A DNA stretch of 64,000 bases. It comes from a virus. The position numbers and the translations under genes are program-made. Below are positions 61,989 to 64,000 of this stretch, one piece after another. Location of the stretch: positions 32,001 through 96,000 of the IMG/VR virus record IMGVR_UViG_3300005805_000046, one strand, 5' to 3'. The notes beneath the pieces were generated by a model that did not search any database, was not told the origin of the DNA, and saw nothing but the letters and a program-made list of their open reading frames with translations. Each line of letters opens with the position of its first letter. Within the stretch, counting starts at the first letter, position 1.

Positions 61989-62696
61989 CTAGTGAGCGGG
62001 AAACAGTACGTTAGCCAAACCCTTGACGCACATATCACAACTTATACTATCTTTCGTACCGGTGCAAGTGATAACCGAACGACCGCGACGAATTTCTGGA
62101 CAAGTCACAAACTTCTCACCGTTCAGCACGACCAGTTTGGGCAACGCTTGCCGCCAAGCGTCGGCCTTAGCCTTGTTCTTTGGTCGCTTCGGGGCAATTT
62201 TCATATCGCTATCGCACCACGCAAACAACTTGAAGCCTTGATTCTTAGCCTCATTCATATCGTTATCGTCGTGAACACTAGCATAGACTGCCATATACTT
62301 TTCCAGAGCCACGAGCCGACTATCGTAGATATGAGTATAGAACCACATATCGGGCAGACTATCGCCACTAGCAAGAATACTCTCGCAAGCCCACGTTACA
62401 TTATCAACGTAGTCTGTGTCAAGTTCACCATTGAGAAACCAATCGCCACGTTCATGCCAGCGGATAGATTTCTCACGCTTTTTTGCGTCAAGAATCATAG
62501 CACGGATTTTGTTTTTCTCCGTGATTACGTTAGCAAAACCAGCGACACGGGCGTTTTTGTACTGCCGTTCAGTACCTTCGGCATAACAGCCGTTTCCGAG
62601 ATAATCGCAATCGCTTGGGCAAGTATCGCCAACCGGACGCGAAACCACAATGCAACCCTTACCCAACTTATCATTACCGTCTGCGGTTTTCATCAT
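61989..62696 (-). CDS. Cys-cluster phage protein (Gp88-like, radical-SAM-related fold)
   Basis: N.KLG, TCP..C......CYA, IRWHE.GD, WFYTH and C..C motifs. Confidence 0.6.
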   Translation of the reverse strand: MMKTADGNDKLGKGCIVVSRPVGDTCPSDCDYLGNGCYAEGTERQYKNARVAGFANVITEKNKIRAMILDAKKREKSIRWHERGDWFLNGELDTDYVDNVTWACESILASGDSLPDMWFYTHIYDSRLVALEKYMAVYASVHDDNDMNEAKNQGFKLFAWCDSDMKIAPKRPKNKAKADAWRQALPKLVVLNGEKFVTCPEIRRGRSVITCTGTKDSISCDMCVKGLANVLFPAH

Positions 62697-62718
62697 TCTT
62701 CTCCTAGCGTGTCTGATG

Positions 62719-62747
62719 ATTCTACACTAGGTTATCGGTACTGTCAA
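62719..62747 (-). promoter_or_regulatory. sigma70-type promoter with CCGATA spacer box
   Basis: TTGACA-gtaccgataacctagtg-TAGAAT. Confidence 0.8.
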
Positions 62748-62776
62748 GGCATTTTCTTGAAGAAATTATTTTTGAC

Positions 62777-62856
62777 GCAAGGTGTTGATACTAAAGGAGT
62801 TACGTCAAGCGGGGCCGCCCCCGCTCGCCCTAAGTCTTTATCCTCAAAGAGTTTAG
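62777..62856. repeat. 80-bp double-palindrome element D
   Basis: gcaaggtgttg-atact-aaaggagttac, 26-bp GC spacer, ctaagtcttta-tcctc-aaagagtttag. Confidence 0.85.
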
Positions 62857-62912
62857 AAGCAGTTCACACATGCTTAAAAACTGCTCAGTAGTTTCTGCTT
62901 CGTTTTTCATAG

Positions 62913-62984
62913 TAGCCCCAAGAGGAATCGAACCTCTAACCAGTGCTTAGAAGGCACTTGTTATATCCATTTAACTATGGGGCC
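62913..62984 (-). tRNA. tRNA-Arg(TCT)
   Basis: Full cloverleaf; AGTGC-CT-TCT-AA-GCACT anticodon arm. Confidence 0.95.
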
Positions 62985-62985
62985 G

Positions 62986-63176
62986 TCAATGCCGCAGGCC
63001 CGCCACGGCGTCCCGTGCGGGTTATGCGGTTGATGGTGGAGCCACTTTACCATCGGTAATATACTAGCAGCAGACCCCTTCCCAGCAACCACGCTGGTTA
63101 TCAGTTGGTTAGACTCTGCTAGGTGGGTATTTCCCACATCATTACGCGGGAGTTATCCCGCCGCACTATGCCTAAA
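62986..63176 (-). ncRNA. unidentified multi-helix structured RNA
   Basis: Six GC-rich helices, no ORF, TTGACA-N17-TATAAA promoter at 63182-63210. Confidence 0.6.
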
Positions 63177-63210
63177 ATCTATTTATACTGGCATAGTCCA
63201 GTTGTGTCAA

Positions 63211-63459
63211 CTAGGCCGTAGCCTCTGCCGTCACCTTCGCGTTGTGAGCATCACCTGCCTGCTCGGCAGTCACGCCCGTCACCCTAGCACGCCACACCTT
63301 GTAGCCCTGCTCGCTAAAAGCCTTGATTTCCCCAGCCTTCACATTAGCGTGAACATCGCCAGGGAGCGAATCACTCAGGCACGAACGAATCGAAGAAACA
63401 ACCTCGTCACGATCCAGTTCATCAGCCACAACATCAACCACAAACGTAAACTTCTTCAT
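63211..63459 (-). CDS. hypothetical protein
   Basis: AAGGG RBS; promoter TTGACA-N17-TAAAAT at 63501-63529. Confidence 0.7.
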   Translation of the reverse strand: MKKFTFVVDVVADELDRDEVVSSIRSCLSDSLPGDVHANVKAGEIKAFSEQGYKVWRARVTGVTAEQAGDAHNAKVTAEATA

Positions 63460-63590
63460 TTGTAAACCCTTTCCAAAGTGTTATCGAACCAAGTAAACCA
63501 ATTTTACCTAATCAGTCATCACTTGTCAAGAGTCTGCCAGATGGTTTCTGCTGTTTGGCATCTGCTGTCGTCTTGTCTTGTGATGCTATC

Positions 63591-63618
63591 AGTATACAAT
63601 AGTTATCGGCACTGTCAA
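63591..63618 (-). promoter_or_regulatory. sigma70-type promoter with GCCGATA spacer box
   Basis: TTGACA-gtgccgataactattg-TATACT. Confidence 0.8.
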
Positions 63619-63660
63619 CCCCATTCGTGAATCATTTTTTGAGATTTCCAAAAATTTGTT

Positions 63661-63740
63661 CTAAGTCATTGGTACATAACGAGTTACGTCGAGCCGGGCC
63701 GGCTCCGTTTACCGTAAGTGCTTACGGCATAGGGGTTTAG
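63661..63740. repeat. 80-bp double-palindrome element E
   Basis: ctaagtcattg-gtaca-taacgagttac, 26-bp GC spacer, gtaagtgctta-cggca-taggggtttag. Confidence 0.85.
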
Positions 63741-63741
63741 G

Positions 63742-64000
63742 TCATGAGAGAAATCCCTGACAACCCAAAGCCACAAGATCGCGCAGCAACTTCTCGGCCG
63801 CTGCTGGTGTGGGCAGAGTCACGCTATTACGACCCTTGCCGTTTACAAAACGACAAAGGGTGTAATCATACGCACCCATCAGTTCATCGCTCCAATCCTT
63901 CGACTCCTTCAAGCCCCATCCGGTAGCAAGCCGAATAGCCTTGATGGAAGCGATCCGGTTGTCGGTGGTCATTCCACCGGTAATGGTCACCGTTCGGTAC
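63742..64000 (-). CDS. ribosomal protein bL12 C-terminal-like domain protein (5' end probably outside the window)
   Basis: RIASIKAIRLATGWGLKESKD resembles the bL12 CTD motif KI..IK.VR..TGLGLKEAK. Confidence 0.7.
   Translation of the reverse strand, partial: YRTVTITGGMTTDNRIASIKAIRLATGWGLKESKDWSDELMGAYDYTLCRFVNGKGRNSVTLPTPAAAEKLLRDLVALGCQGFLS

Noticed and set aside
57200-63740. 80-bp repeats as a CRISPR array or simple intrinsic terminators
   Set aside because: They are 0.9-2.7 kb apart and degenerate, with no spacer periodicity, no cas genes and no consistent U-tract.
1-64000. Alternative genetic code (stop-codon reassignment)
   Set aside because: Conserved genes (guaC, ligase, thyX, ruvB, rIIA) are full length in code 11, all three stop codons end genes, and no suppressor tRNA was seen.

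Overview
A 64-kb segment of a large, AT-rich lytic dsDNA phage genome (standard genetic code), with almost every gene on the minus strand. The host is probably GC-rich, possibly a Planctomycete (inference). From left to right: a virion/tail-fibre module (1-13.6 kb) with GC-rich patches flanked by direct repeats; a metabolism and host-takeover block (DeoC-like, ClpP, sigma-like, Bfr-like, glycosyltransferases, GuaC, SET, macro domain, subtilase, trypsin, RuvB, rIIA/rIIB); DNA ligase, UvsE, ThyX, tmRNA and 9 tRNAs; and an early-type region of small genes behind many sigma70 promoters. The most notable unexplained structures are: (1) five copies of an 80-bp element (two 27-bp palindromes exactly 26 bp apart), each between a gene end and a promoter; (2) two anticodon-less tRNA mimics plus a ~190-nt structured ncRNA; (3) a DGR-type variable region inside a circularly permuted C-type-lectin/FGE gene, with no TR or RT in the window; (4) tRNA-Ser(ACT) and tRNA-Ile(TAT); (5) two promoter signatures, a CCGATA spacer box and a GGTGTA motif. 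All calls are from reading the sequence by eye; no searches were run.
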